This document shows, piece by piece, positions 38,010 to 48,004 of a DNA stretch of 64,000 nt. Position 1 is the stretch's first letter, and the number at the start of each line of letters is the position of its first letter. The stretch is from a bacterium (lineage in GTDB: Bacteria; Patescibacteriota; JABMPQ01; JAUVWW01). The DNA is taken from contig JAUVWW010000002.1 in NCBI GenBank assembly GCA_030603885.1, positions 21,991-85,990 on the forward strand, in the 5' to 3' direction. The notes under the pieces are model-generated. The model saw only the letters and a list, made by a program, of their open reading frames with translations. It did not search any database and was not told the origin of the DNA. A program made the translations under genes and the position numbers.

Positions 38010-39275
38010 ATGTTTTATAAAACAAAACTAAAAAATAATCTACGTCTTATTGTCTCTCCCATATCCAAGACTAAGACAGTGACCTTGTTAGTTATGATAG
38101 AGACAGGATCTAAATATGAGACAAAAGCTATCTCAGGGCTTTCTCATTTTTTAGAACATATGTTCTTTAAAGGGACTACAAGACGGCCTTCGACCTTGGC
38201 TATTTCAACTGCCCTAGATGAGGTAGGAGGAATATACAACGCTTTTACTTCTAAAGAGTATACTGGATTTTATGTTAAAGTAGCTTCTAGGCACATAAGA
38301 CGTGCCTTTGATGTTATCTCTGATATTTTGCAAAATTCTAAATTTGAATCAGGGGAGATAAAGCGAGAAAAGAAAGTAATTATAGAAGAAATAAACATGT
38401 ATCAGGATACTCCTATGCATTATGTGGGAGAGTTGTTTGAACAGCTACTTTATGGAGATCAGCCAGCAGGCAGAATGGTTATTGGAACTAAAAAGACAGT
38501 CTCAAGTCTTAGGCAAAAGGATTTTCTGGATTACTTGCAAAAAATGTATAAAGCTTCTAATATGATAGTATGCATGGCTGGAAATATTTCATCTTCACGA
38601 GCCAAAAAACTGACAGAGAAGTACTTTACTAGATTATATAAAGGAAAGCCCAAGCCCAAGCCGAAAGTAAAAGAAAAACAAACCAAACCTCAAGTTTTGG
38701 TTCATTGGAAAAAAACAGATCAAACTCATCTCTGTCTTGGTGTTCGAACCTATAACATTAGTCATCCAGATCGATATATTCTAGCTTTGCTAGGGATTAT
38801 TCTAGGAGGAGGTATGTCTTCAAGACTTTTTATCTCTGTCAGAGAGAGATTAGGATTAGCTTATTATATTAAAGCCTCACCGGAATTTTATACTGATTCA
38901 GGCTATCTAGTAATTCAAGCAGGAACAGATACTAAAAGAGTGAAGAAGGCCTGTCAGGTTATTTTAGATGAGTTAAGAAAAATAAAAAAAGAAAGTGTGG
39001 GCAAAAAAGAACTAACAAAAGCCAAAGAATTTATAAAAGGTGCTACTTCTATTGAGCTTGAAACATCAGATGCCCAAGCTGCTTGGTTAGCTAAACAAGA
39101 GATACTAACCAAAAAGCTAAGAACTCTAAAACAAGTTTTTGCTGATATAGACAAGGTCAACTCAAGAGATATTAGGCGGGTAGCTGGTAATATTTTTACA
39201 AACAAAAAATTAAATCTAGCCTTAATTGGACCACATAAAAATAAAGAAGCCTTTAGGCGGATATTGAGAATATAA
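38010..39275 (+). CDS. M16 family zinc metallopeptidase (insulinase-like)
   Basis: HFLEHMFFKGT (inverted zincin HxxEH) and ...E.....Y... motifs. Confidence 0.8.
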   Translation: MFYKTKLKNNLRLIVSPISKTKTVTLLVMIETGSKYETKAISGLSHFLEHMFFKGTTRRPSTLAISTALDEVGGIYNAFTSKEYTGFYVKVASRHIRRAFDVISDILQNSKFESGEIKREKKVIIEEINMYQDTPMHYVGELFEQLLYGDQPAGRMVIGTKKTVSSLRQKDFLDYLQKMYKASNMIVCMAGNISSSRAKKLTEKYFTRLYKGKPKPKPKVKEKQTKPQVLVHWKKTDQTHLCLGVRTYNISHPDRYILALLGIILGGGMSSRLFISVRERLGLAYYIKASPEFYTDSGYLVIQAGTDTKRVKKACQVILDELRKIKKESVGKKELTKAKEFIKGATSIELETSDAQAAWLAKQEILTKKLRTLKQVFADIDKVNSRDIRRVAGNIFTNKKLNLALIGPHKNKEAFRRILRI

Positions 39276-39304
39276 ATTTTAAATTTTTATTTGGAGTAAC
39301 TATC

Positions 39305-40381
39305 ATGTCTAACGACAAACCCAACGAAAAAAAAGTAACCTTTGACATTTCCTATACTACTTTTATCAGGATTATCGTTGTTTTAGTTGTTTTATTTTTA
39401 GTTTATTTACTTCGAGAAGTTATACTGATCTTATTTTTGGCTGTCATCTTGGCAGCTGCTATTAGTCCAATAGTCAAGTGGCTAGAGAATAAGAAAATTC
39501 CTCGGGTGGCTGGCATTATTTTGATTTATGCTGCCATGGCAGGGATAGTAGCTTTGGCTATTGGGGTTCTAGTTCCTCCCATTGCTAATCAGATTGCTCA
39601 ACTCCAAAGAAATCTTCCTCAATATTTTGAAGCTTTGACTAGATATCTTGAGCGGATACAAGCTCCTCAGGTAAGAGAAGAAGTCCTGGGTGGACTAAGG
39701 AGTGGGCTAGAGACCTTAGGGACGCAGATAGGACAGGCAGCAGGAGGACTTTATCAAGCAGTAGCTAATATATTCACAGCTATCTTAACAGCTATAATTG
39801 TCTTAGTTCTTTCTTTCTATTTTACTTTACAAGAAGGAGCTCTGGGAAAGTTTGTCAAGTCAGTAACCCCAAGAAGATTTCAGGCTTATGTAACTGGTCT
39901 GGTTATTCGGGTTCAAGGAAAAATGGGAGATTGGCTGAGGGGGCAAGCGGCTTTGTGTGTTGTGGTTGGAATGGTATGTTTTTTGGGTCTTTGGCTTTTG
40001 GGAGTAGAATACTCTTTGGCTTTAGGTGCCTTTGCTGGCATCACAGAAATAATCCCTTATATCGGTCCCATTATTGGAGCTATTCCAGCTGTAATTTTGG
40101 CTTTTGCCCAAGCTCCTTGGCTAGGGGTAGCAGTGGTAGTTCTCTATGTAGTAGTACAACAGCTAGAGAATCATTTTTTGGTGCCTAACATTATGGGTAA
40201 AGCAGTTGGTCTTAATCCCATTGTCATTATTTTGGTGGTGCTAATTGGGGCAAGGCTGGCTGGAGTTATAGGTGCTATTATTGCTGTTCCCATTGCCACG
40301 GCAGTTAGTATATTTTTAAGGGATCTTTTGGAGCGAGGAAAATTTAGTTTTCCAGGTGAGAAACCAGATGGAATAGCCTAA
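39305..40381 (+). CDS. AI-2E family transporter (PerM-like permease)
   Basis: Eight predicted TM segments and conserved AI-2E boxes (..ILAAAISPIVKWLE.., ..EIIPYIGPIIGAIPAV..). Confidence 0.75.
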   Translation: MSNDKPNEKKVTFDISYTTFIRIIVVLVVLFLVYLLREVILILFLAVILAAAISPIVKWLENKKIPRVAGIILIYAAMAGIVALAIGVLVPPIANQIAQLQRNLPQYFEALTRYLERIQAPQVREEVLGGLRSGLETLGTQIGQAAGGLYQAVANIFTAILTAIIVLVLSFYFTLQEGALGKFVKSVTPRRFQAYVTGLVIRVQGKMGDWLRGQAALCVVVGMVCFLGLWLLGVEYSLALGAFAGITEIIPYIGPIIGAIPAVILAFAQAPWLGVAVVVLYVVVQQLENHFLVPNIMGKAVGLNPIVIILVVLIGARLAGVIGAIIAVPIATAVSIFLRDLLERGKFSFPGEKPDGIA

Positions 40382-40429
40382 TTAGCTAAACAGCCATAGA
40401 GCTATAGAGTTATAAACCTTTATGGCTAT

Positions 40430-41113
40430 ATGGCTATTAAAATAATGGGTATTTTATATGTTGTTGCCACTCCTATTGGTAATCTAAAAGATATTACTTT
40501 AAGAGCTTTAGAAATATTAAAAGAAGTAGACTTTATTGCTTGTGAGGATACAAGACAAACTAAAAAATTACTTGATCGTTATAAAATAAAAAAGCCTCAG
40601 GTTAGTTATCATCAGCATACTCGGATTCAAAAAATTGATTATATTGTAAATCAAATAGCACAAGGAAAATCTTGTGCTTTAGTTTCTGATGCCGGGACCC
40701 CCTGTATTTCTGATCCAGGGAGAGTACTGGTAACCAGGGCTTATGATGCGGGGGTAAAGGTTGTACCTATCCCTGGTCCCTCTGCTTTAATTAGTGCTGC
40801 TTCAATTTCTGGCCTTCCAGTTGATAAATTTATTTTTTTAGGTTTTCCTCCACACAAAAAAGGACGTCGAAAATTCTTTGAACAAATAAGAGATAATAAA
40901 TATACAGTTATTCTTTACGAATCACCCTATCGGATTTTAAAAACCCTAGGCCAGTTGAGAGATGTTGTGGGTGATAGACGAATAGTGGTCTGTCGAGAAC
41001 TAACCAAAATGTTTGAGATTGTCTATAGAGGTTCTTTAAATGAAGTGATTAATCAATTAGAGAAAGAAAAGATTAAAGGAGAATTTGTCGTTGTGGTTGA
41101 GGGTAAAAAATGA
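40430..41113 (+). CDS. rsmI: 16S rRNA (cytidine1402-2'-O)-methyltransferase
   Basis: LYVVATPIGNLKDITLRALEIL..DFIACEDTR.T.KLL. Confidence 0.8.
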   Translation: MAIKIMGILYVVATPIGNLKDITLRALEILKEVDFIACEDTRQTKKLLDRYKIKKPQVSYHQHTRIQKIDYIVNQIAQGKSCALVSDAGTPCISDPGRVLVTRAYDAGVKVVPIPGPSALISAASISGLPVDKFIFLGFPPHKKGRRKFFEQIRDNKYTVILYESPYRILKTLGQLRDVVGDRRIVVCRELTKMFEIVYRGSLNEVINQLEKEKIKGEFVVVVEGKK

Positions 41114-41150
41114 AAGACCCACGAATTCATTATGATTGAATTACGCGGGT

Positions 41151-41498
41151 CTAAGAAATTCCATTGCTTTTCTCGTCGATTTTTTTGGCGATGTTTAGTA
41201 GTGCTGTTTCAATTCCCATATACAGAAGGTTTGTAACAGGCATAGGAGCATTAAAATGTACTTCGAATTTCCCGGTCTTGATCTGGAGAATTTCGTATAG
41301 TGCATCTTTATTAATGAGATATTCACCGTTGTAGAACTGTGCAAAAAGAATAAGTCCGTCCCTAAAATATACCTTAGCTCTGGTTTCGCCGCTATCATCC
41401 TTAATCATCAGCTTTGCCGGCATTGTGTTGATTCTCATTACTTGAAAGACATCCTCTATTGCCAGTTCTTTAATATCTCCCTGTAACATCTTTTTCAC
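41151..41498 (-). CDS. hypothetical protein (115 aa)
   Basis: Isolated minus-strand ORF between + strand genes, with a GGAGGTGAAAAAG RBS region upstream. No family recognised. Confidence 0.4.
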   Translation of the reverse strand: MKKMLQGDIKELAIEDVFQVMRINTMPAKLMIKDDSGETRAKVYFRDGLILFAQFYNGEYLINKDALYEILQIKTGKFEVHFNAPMPVTNLLYMGIETALLNIAKKIDEKSNGIS

Positions 41499-41554
41499 CT
41501 CCTTTCAAATTTTCATCTTACCTTAGCACATTTTAATAAAAAAGTCAAGTTTTT

Positions 41555-41983
41555 ATGGTAGAAATCATTATTTTTCTTTTAATTCTTTTAGCTTTTGTTT
41601 CTATGGCTTTTTGGGAGGCTTATGCTGAGGGAGAAGCTGGAGGAGCAGCTAGAGCTGTAGGACCTCAATTTAAATTATTCGGATTGAGATTTAAAGCCTA
41701 TCATTTGATTCTTTTTTGTGTATTTATTCCTTTATTACTTTCTTTAACCTTGATTGGTCGGTTCAGCTGGCATCTATTTAAATTTGTAGCAGCTGGATAT
41801 TTCTTTGGCCTGGTAATCGAAGACTTTCTCTGGTTTGTGGTCAATCCCAAATGGCCATTTTCCCATTGGAACTCAAGACATGTTGATTGGTATTCCTGGT
41901 GGAAGATAGGAAAGTTTGAGATACCTTCCTTTTATATCCCCGCTATTATAATTGGTATTCTATTATTAACTCTGATAAAATAA
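41555..41983 (+). CDS. hypothetical membrane protein (4 TM)
   Basis: Hydrophobic profile. Its stop abuts the metG start. Confidence 0.45.
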   Translation: MVEIIIFLLILLAFVSMAFWEAYAEGEAGGAARAVGPQFKLFGLRFKAYHLILFCVFIPLLLSLTLIGRFSWHLFKFVAAGYFFGLVIEDFLWFVVNPKWPFSHWNSRHVDWYSWWKIGKFEIPSFYIPAIIIGILLLTLIK

Positions 41984-41984
41984 T

Positions 41985-43508
41985 ATGCCTAGGTTTTATG
42001 TGACTACCCCTATTTACTATGTCAATGACAAACCTCACATTGGCCACACTTATACTACTATTGTTGCTGATATTCTGGCTCGATGGCACAGGCTAATCGG
42101 AGAGGATGTTTTCTTTTTGACGGGAACAGATGAAAATAGCCAAAAAACAGTTCAAGCAGCTCATCAAAAAAAGGAGAAAGATATTCAGAAATACACTGAT
42201 CAAATGAGCAGCATGTGGCAGATGACTTGGGATTCATTAGGATTTAGCCACAATGATTTTATTCGGACTACAGAGGAACGTCATAAAAAAGGAGTAATAA
42301 AACTTTTTGAGAAAATTCAGAAAAAGGGAGATATCTATAAAGGAAAATATAAAGGATTTTATTGTTCAGGGTGTGAAGCTTTTATTAAAGAATCTGATTT
42401 AGCTCGAGGAAAATGTCCACTTCATAAGACTAAGCCAGATTTTATTGAGGAAGAAAATTTATTCTTCAAACTAACCAATTACAAAGATAAACTTTTAGAC
42501 CATATCAAAAAACACCCCGAGTTTATTCAACCAGAGACCAGAAGAAATGAAGTAGTAAGTTATATTGAGACTGCTTTGGAAGACGTTTCCATCTCTCGGC
42601 CTAACAAAGGCTGGGGAATTCCCTTACCCCAAGATCCGAAACAAGTATTTTATGTCTGGTTTGATGCTTTGATAAATTATTTGACTGGTATTGGCTATGG
42701 TCAAGATGAGACTAAGTTTTCTAAATGGTGGGCCAAGGATTGCCCAATTGTTCATCTGATGGCTAAAGATATTATCAAATTTCACTGTGTTATTTGGCCA
42801 GCCATGTTAATGTCTAGTGGGCTAAAACTTCCCGATGTCATTTTTGCTCATGGATTCTTTACTATTGATGAAGAAAAGATTTCAAAATCTTTAGGAAATG
42901 TTATTGATCCCATCTTTCTTTCTCAAAAATATGGTATTGATCCAGTTCGCTATTTTGTCCTCAGAGAGATTCCTTTTGGTCAAGATGGGGATTTTTCTAC
43001 AAAAAAGCTAGAAGAAAGATACAATGGAGATCTGGCTAATGATTTGGGGAATTTAGTTTCAAGAACTCTGACTATGATAGAAAAGTATTTTGAAAGTAAA
43101 GTTCCAGCCGCTGGTCGACCCACAAAAGAGGAAATAGAGACTTTAGTCTCTTCTACTTGGAAAAAAGCAGAACAAGGTCTGGATAAGTTTCAATTTGACA
43201 AAGTTCTAGTTGCCATTTGGCAACTGATTGATTTTGCTAATACATATATTGAAAAAAATAAGCCTTGGGAGCTAGCTAAGAAAGATGAGAAAAAATTGGC
43301 TCAAGTTTTGTATAATTTAACAGAAAGCCTACGCCACATTGCCTGGATGATCTATGCCTTTATGCCAGAGACAGCAGAGAAAATTCTATCTCAGCTCAAT
43401 GTTTTAGAAAGCGAAAGAAAGTTATCTTTTGACCAGATCAAAAAATGGGGTGGGCTTAAGCCAGGTACTAAGATTAAAAAAGGCAAACCCTTGTTTCCGA
43501 GGATTTAA
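41985..43508 (+). CDS. metG: methionine--tRNA ligase
   Basis: PIYYVNDKPHIGHTYTTIVADILARW (HIGH), KISKSLGN (KMSKS), Zn knuckle CSGCEAF..CPLH. Confidence 0.9.
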   Translation: MPRFYVTTPIYYVNDKPHIGHTYTTIVADILARWHRLIGEDVFFLTGTDENSQKTVQAAHQKKEKDIQKYTDQMSSMWQMTWDSLGFSHNDFIRTTEERHKKGVIKLFEKIQKKGDIYKGKYKGFYCSGCEAFIKESDLARGKCPLHKTKPDFIEEENLFFKLTNYKDKLLDHIKKHPEFIQPETRRNEVVSYIETALEDVSISRPNKGWGIPLPQDPKQVFYVWFDALINYLTGIGYGQDETKFSKWWAKDCPIVHLMAKDIIKFHCVIWPAMLMSSGLKLPDVIFAHGFFTIDEEKISKSLGNVIDPIFLSQKYGIDPVRYFVLREIPFGQDGDFSTKKLEERYNGDLANDLGNLVSRTLTMIEKYFESKVPAAGRPTKEEIETLVSSTWKKAEQGLDKFQFDKVLVAIWQLIDFANTYIEKNKPWELAKKDEKKLAQVLYNLTESLRHIAWMIYAFMPETAEKILSQLNVLESERKLSFDQIKKWGGLKPGTKIKKGKPLFPRI

Positions 43509-43573
43509 GATTGCTGATCTTCACACCAACCTTTGACAATTGGCTATTTATCGTGTCCTACTTAGAAATAAAG

Positions 43574-43598
43574 TCAAGCGTCAGGCTTGATTTTTTTA
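43574..43598 (+). terminator. rho-independent terminator (TCAAGC/GCTTGA + T7)
   Basis: Seen in sequence after metG. Confidence 0.5.
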
Positions 43599-43635
43599 TT
43601 ATCTTTGCTAAGATAAAGGAAAATTAAGTAAATTT

Positions 43636-43977
43636 ATGATTGAAAGCTATTCTTTTGGTTTCATCACTATCAATGGAAAAACCTATAATTCAGATGTCAT
43701 TGTTATTCCCAAAAAAGTTGATGATTCTTGGTGGAGAAAGGAAGGTCATAAAGTTTATAGAGAGGATATTGAGGAAATAGTAAAGCAAAATCCTAAGATT
43801 ATGGTTTTTGGAACTGGAGAGCCTGGACTAATGAAAGTTCTTCCTGAAACTGAAGAGTATATAAAGTCAAAAGGAATTGAGATAATTACTAAACCTTCGG
43901 CTCAGGCTTTAGAGGAATACAATAGACTAGAAAAGGAAGGAAAGAAGGTGGTGGGATTATTTCATTTAACTTGCTAA
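43636..43977 (+). CDS. Mth938-like domain protein (DUF498)
   Basis: 113 aa. ..W.R.EGHKV..EDIEEIV...PKIMVFGTG..G pattern. Confidence 0.4.
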   Translation: MIESYSFGFITINGKTYNSDVIVIPKKVDDSWWRKEGHKVYREDIEEIVKQNPKIMVFGTGEPGLMKVLPETEEYIKSKGIEIITKPSAQALEEYNRLEKEGKKVVGLFHLTC

Positions 43978-43986
43978 TTAATACGA

Positions 43987-44760
43987 ATGTTAATCGATAC
44001 GCACACTCATTTAGATTTTAAGGAATTTGATCCGGATCAAGATCAGGTGATCAAGCGAGCTTTTTCATCTGGGATAGAAAAAATTATTAATGTTAGCTGC
44101 AATCTTGAGCGCAGCAAAAACTCAATTGAGTTAGCTAAGAAATATGGTGATATATATGCTACGGTGGGTGTTCATCCGCATGATCTAGGGAAGTATGAAG
44201 TAGAAAGTCTGAAGTCTGAATTGGGAAAGTTAGCAAAAGAGGACAAGGTAGTGGCCATAGGAGAAATAGGTTTAGATTACTATCGGATAGAAAAAGAAGA
44301 GGATAAGCAAAGACAAATTGAAGGATTTAAAATACAATTTGATCTAGCCCAGAAACTCAATCTTCCTGTTATTATCCACTGCCGTAATGCTTTTGAAGAT
44401 TTACTTGAAATATTAAAAGGAGTAAGTGATTTACCAAGAGGTGTGACCCATTGTTTTTCAGGCACCTTGCATTATGCCAAGCAATTTCTTGATCTAGGAT
44501 TTCTTATTTCTTTCACAGGTTCGATCACCTATGCCAGGCCCCAAGGAGAAATTTTAAAGGTAGTTAAAGAAATTCCCTTGGATAAAATAATGGTGGAGAC
44601 AGATTGTCCCTATTTAGCACCAGTGCCTCATCGAGGAGAAAGAAATGAACCAGCTTATGTTAGGCATATGGCAGAAAAAATTGCTGAGATAAAAGGAATT
44701 GATTTTGAAGAAGTAGCTAAAAAAACCACAGAAAATGCAATAAAACTATTTAATTTATGA
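43987..44760 (+). CDS. tatD: TatD family metal-dependent DNase/hydrolase
   Basis: MLIDTHTHLDF ... GEIGLDY ... HCR.A ... HCFSG ... D.PY. Confidence 0.85.
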   Translation: MLIDTHTHLDFKEFDPDQDQVIKRAFSSGIEKIINVSCNLERSKNSIELAKKYGDIYATVGVHPHDLGKYEVESLKSELGKLAKEDKVVAIGEIGLDYYRIEKEEDKQRQIEGFKIQFDLAQKLNLPVIIHCRNAFEDLLEILKGVSDLPRGVTHCFSGTLHYAKQFLDLGFLISFTGSITYARPQGEILKVVKEIPLDKIMVETDCPYLAPVPHRGERNEPAYVRHMAEKIAEIKGIDFEEVAKKTTENAIKLFNL

Positions 44761-45518
44761 AACAATTTACTATCAAAACAGCTAAGGAGGCAGGAAAGAT
44801 TTTGCTTAGATATTTTCATAAAGCATTAAAAGTTAAACAAAAGGGAGCTAAGGGTAATATTGTTACCAATGCTGATTTAGCAGCTGAAAAATATATCATT
44901 GGCGCTATCAGAAAGAAATTTCCAAATCATGATATTTTATCTGAGGAGATGGGAGAGAAGAAGATAGGAAAATCAGAATATAAGTGGATTATTGATCCTT
45001 TAGATGGAACCAGGAATTTTGCTTCAGGTATTCCTTTTTTCTCTGTGTTGATAGCTTTGACAAAGAAAGGAAAGATTATTTTAGGTGTAGTCTATGATCC
45101 AGTACATGATGAGTTGTTTTTTGCGGAAGAAGGCAAAGGAGCCTATTTGAATAATAAAAAAATTAAAGTTTCAAGAGAAAAAAGCCTAACCGGAGCAGTG
45201 GTTAAGCTAGGATGGGTTTGGTCAAGAAAAAGATTTAAGAAAGTGGGTAGATATTATGTTAGATTTTCCAAATATACTTCTTGGATTAGAAGATATGGAT
45301 CTGTTTCTAGTTTGGCTTATCTAGCTTGTGGCAGGCTGGATGTAGCCATGCACATAGGAGCCAACCCTTGGGATTATGCTGCTCCAGCTATTGTTATTAA
45401 AGAAGCCGGAGGCAAAACAACAGATCTCAAAGGAAATCCTTATGATATTACCAAAAGAGAAATTTTAGCTGCCAACTCAAGATTGCATAAATTTGTTTTG
45501 AGGAATATAATTAAATAA
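44757..45518 (+). CDS. inositol monophosphatase family protein
   Basis: ..SEE.. ... WIIDPLDGTRNF ... WD.AA motifs. Confidence 0.8.
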   Translation: MKQFTIKTAKEAGKILLRYFHKALKVKQKGAKGNIVTNADLAAEKYIIGAIRKKFPNHDILSEEMGEKKIGKSEYKWIIDPLDGTRNFASGIPFFSVLIALTKKGKIILGVVYDPVHDELFFAEEGKGAYLNNKKIKVSREKSLTGAVVKLGWVWSRKRFKKVGRYYVRFSKYTSWIRRYGSVSSLAYLACGRLDVAMHIGANPWDYAAPAIVIKEAGGKTTDLKGNPYDITKREILAANSRLHKFVLRNIIK

Positions 45519-45519
45519 T

Positions 45520-47985
45520 ATGCGACAATACAGTCCTCAAAAAATAGAACAGAAATGGCAAAAAATCTGGAGAAAGACCAGGGCTCACCAGACTAATTTA
45601 GAGTCTAAAAAGCCTTATTATTGCCTAGATATGTTTCCCTATCCTTCCGGAGAAGGCCTGCATGTTGGTCATTGGAAAGGCTATGTTTTATCTGATGTTT
45701 GGGTCAGGTACAAAAGAATGCAAGGCTATGACGTACTTCATCCCATGGGCTGGGATGCTTTTGGTCTGCCCGCAGAGAATGCTGCTATAGAAAAAGGCAT
45801 TCATCCAAAGAAGTTTACCCAAGCCAATCTTAAAATGTTTAAAAAACAGCTTAATGATATTGGAGCTATGTATGACTGGAGCCTAGAGATCAATACTTCA
45901 AGACCTGAATATTATAAATGGACCCAATGGATCTTTCTGCAACTTTATAAAAATGATCTTGCCTACAGAAAAAAAGCACCGGTTAATTGGTGTCCTTCTT
46001 GCAAAACTGTTTTAGCTAATGAGCAAATCATAGCTGGAAAATGTGAAAGATGTGGCCAGGATGTGACGACTAAATATCTTAAACAATGGTTTTTTAGAAT
46101 TACCAAATATGCAGATCCTTTAATTGATGATTTAGAGAAGATCGATTGGCCCGAAAAAGTAAAAACTATGCAGAAAAATTGGATTGGAAGATCAGGAGGA
46201 GTTGAAGTTGAGTTTAAAGCCAAAGTTCCAGAAAAAAGAGCCTTCCTAACTGCTAGAAGAAGAGTCCTTTATTGGACAAAACCTAAAGAGCTGACTATTC
46301 CCGTCTTTACCACCAGGCCGGATACTTTGTTTGGAACTACCTATTTAGTTTTGGCTCCAGAACATCCCCTAGTCAAGGTCTTGACTACCAAAGACAAAAA
46401 AGAAGAAGTTTCTTCTTATATAGAAAAGACTAAAAAAGAAAGAGAGATAGAAAGAATCTCAGAAGAAAAAGAAAAAACGGGGGTCTTTATTAGTGCTTAT
46501 GCTTTAAATCCAGTCAATAACCAAAAAATCCCTATTTGGATTTCTGATTATGTTCTGCCAACTTATGGAACGGGAGCTATTATGTGCGTTCCAGCTCATG
46601 ATAAGCGAGACTTTGCTTTTGCCAAAAAGTTTAAGCTGCCTATCGTTCAAGTAATTTCTCCCACAGGAAAAGAGACAAAGCTAAAGGAAGCTTATGTTGA
46701 AGAAGGAAAAATGATTAATTCAGGTGAGTTTGATGGAATAAAATCAGAACAAGCTGAAGATAAAATCACTGACTGGCTAAAGAAGAAAAACTTAGCCAGG
46801 CAAACTGTCAATTATAGATTTCGAGACTGGCTTATCTCAAGGCAAAGATATTGGGGCTGTCCTATTCCTATTATTTTTTGTGAGAAGTGTGGTGAGGTTC
46901 CGGTGGATGAAAAAGATCTACCAGTCAGGCTGCCAAAAATAAAAGATTATAAGCCTTTGGAAGGAGAGTCGCCCTTAGCTCGCTCATCTAAATTTGTCGA
47001 TGTAGTCTGTCCTGGCTGTGGAGGCATGGCTCAAAGAGAAATAGACACCATGGATACTTTTGTTGATTCAGCTTGGTATTTTCTAAGATATCCCTCAGCT
47101 CATATCAGAGACAAAGCTTTTGATGAGGAGCTGACCAAAAGATGGCTTCCTATTGATGCTTATATTGGTGGTATTGAACATGCCACAGGCCATTTGATAT
47201 TCTTTCGCTTTATGGCCAAGGCTTTGAAAGACTTAAAATTGATAGACTTTGATGAGCCGGCCCAGCGTCTCTTTAATCAGGGAATGATTTATTATAAGGG
47301 AGCCAAGATGTCAAAGTCCAAGGGAAATGTCATCTCACCTGATCCTTTGATTAAAAAATATGGAAGAGATTCTATTCGAGGCTATGAACTTTTTATGGGA
47401 CCACCAGAGCAGGATATTGAGTGGTCTGATCAGGGAGTGCCTGGTGTTTATCGATTTTTACAAAAGGTATGGAATCTAGTAACCAGCTATCAGTCAGCTA
47501 CCAGCCAACAGCCAAATAAAGAATTGGAACAGTTGATGCATGGGACAATTAAGAAAGTAACCGAAGATCTTGAGAGATTTCATCTTAATACCGTGGTCAG
47601 TGCTTTGATGGAATATACTAATCAATTGACAGCTAATAATCAACAACTTTCAACCGAACATTTAGAGACCTTGCTTTTACTTCTTGCTCCTATTGCTCCT
47701 CATCTATCATGCGAACTTTGGCAAAAATTAGGACACAAAGAAAGTATCTTTAAAGAAAAATGGCCAAAATATAAAGAAGAGTTAGCTAAAGCAGAGAAAA
47801 TAGAATTAGTTATTCAAGTTAATGGAAAGGTAAGAGACAAAATAGAAGTAGAAGCTGAGATTCAAGAAGAAAAGGCAAAAGAGATAGCTTTAGCTAGCCA
47901 AAAGGTACAGAAATTTACCGAAGGTAAGAAAATAATCAAGACCATTTTTGTGCCAGGAAAGTTGATTAATATCGTCGTTGACTAA
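45520..47985 (+). CDS. leuS: leucine--tRNA ligase
   Basis: PYPSGEGLHVGHWKGY (HIGH), TTRPDTLFG editing motif, KMSKSKGN. Confidence 0.9.
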   Translation: MRQYSPQKIEQKWQKIWRKTRAHQTNLESKKPYYCLDMFPYPSGEGLHVGHWKGYVLSDVWVRYKRMQGYDVLHPMGWDAFGLPAENAAIEKGIHPKKFTQANLKMFKKQLNDIGAMYDWSLEINTSRPEYYKWTQWIFLQLYKNDLAYRKKAPVNWCPSCKTVLANEQIIAGKCERCGQDVTTKYLKQWFFRITKYADPLIDDLEKIDWPEKVKTMQKNWIGRSGGVEVEFKAKVPEKRAFLTARRRVLYWTKPKELTIPVFTTRPDTLFGTTYLVLAPEHPLVKVLTTKDKKEEVSSYIEKTKKEREIERISEEKEKTGVFISAYALNPVNNQKIPIWISDYVLPTYGTGAIMCVPAHDKRDFAFAKKFKLPIVQVISPTGKETKLKEAYVEEGKMINSGEFDGIKSEQAEDKITDWLKKKNLARQTVNYRFRDWLISRQRYWGCPIPIIFCEKCGEVPVDEKDLPVRLPKIKDYKPLEGESPLARSSKFVDVVCPGCGGMAQREIDTMDTFVDSAWYFLRYPSAHIRDKAFDEELTKRWLPIDAYIGGIEHATGHLIFFRFMAKALKDLKLIDFDEPAQRLFNQGMIYYKGAKMSKSKGNVISPDPLIKKYGRDSIRGYELFMGPPEQDIEWSDQGVPGVYRFLQKVWNLVTSYQSATSQQPNKELEQLMHGTIKKVTEDLERFHLNTVVSALMEYTNQLTANNQQLSTEHLETLLLLLAPIAPHLSCELWQKLGHKESIFKEKWPKYKEELAKAEKIELVIQVNGKVRDKIEVEAEIQEEKAKEIALASQKVQKFTEGKKIIKTIFVPGKLINIVVD

Positions 47986-48004
47986 TTGGCTAATCTAATA
48001 GTAT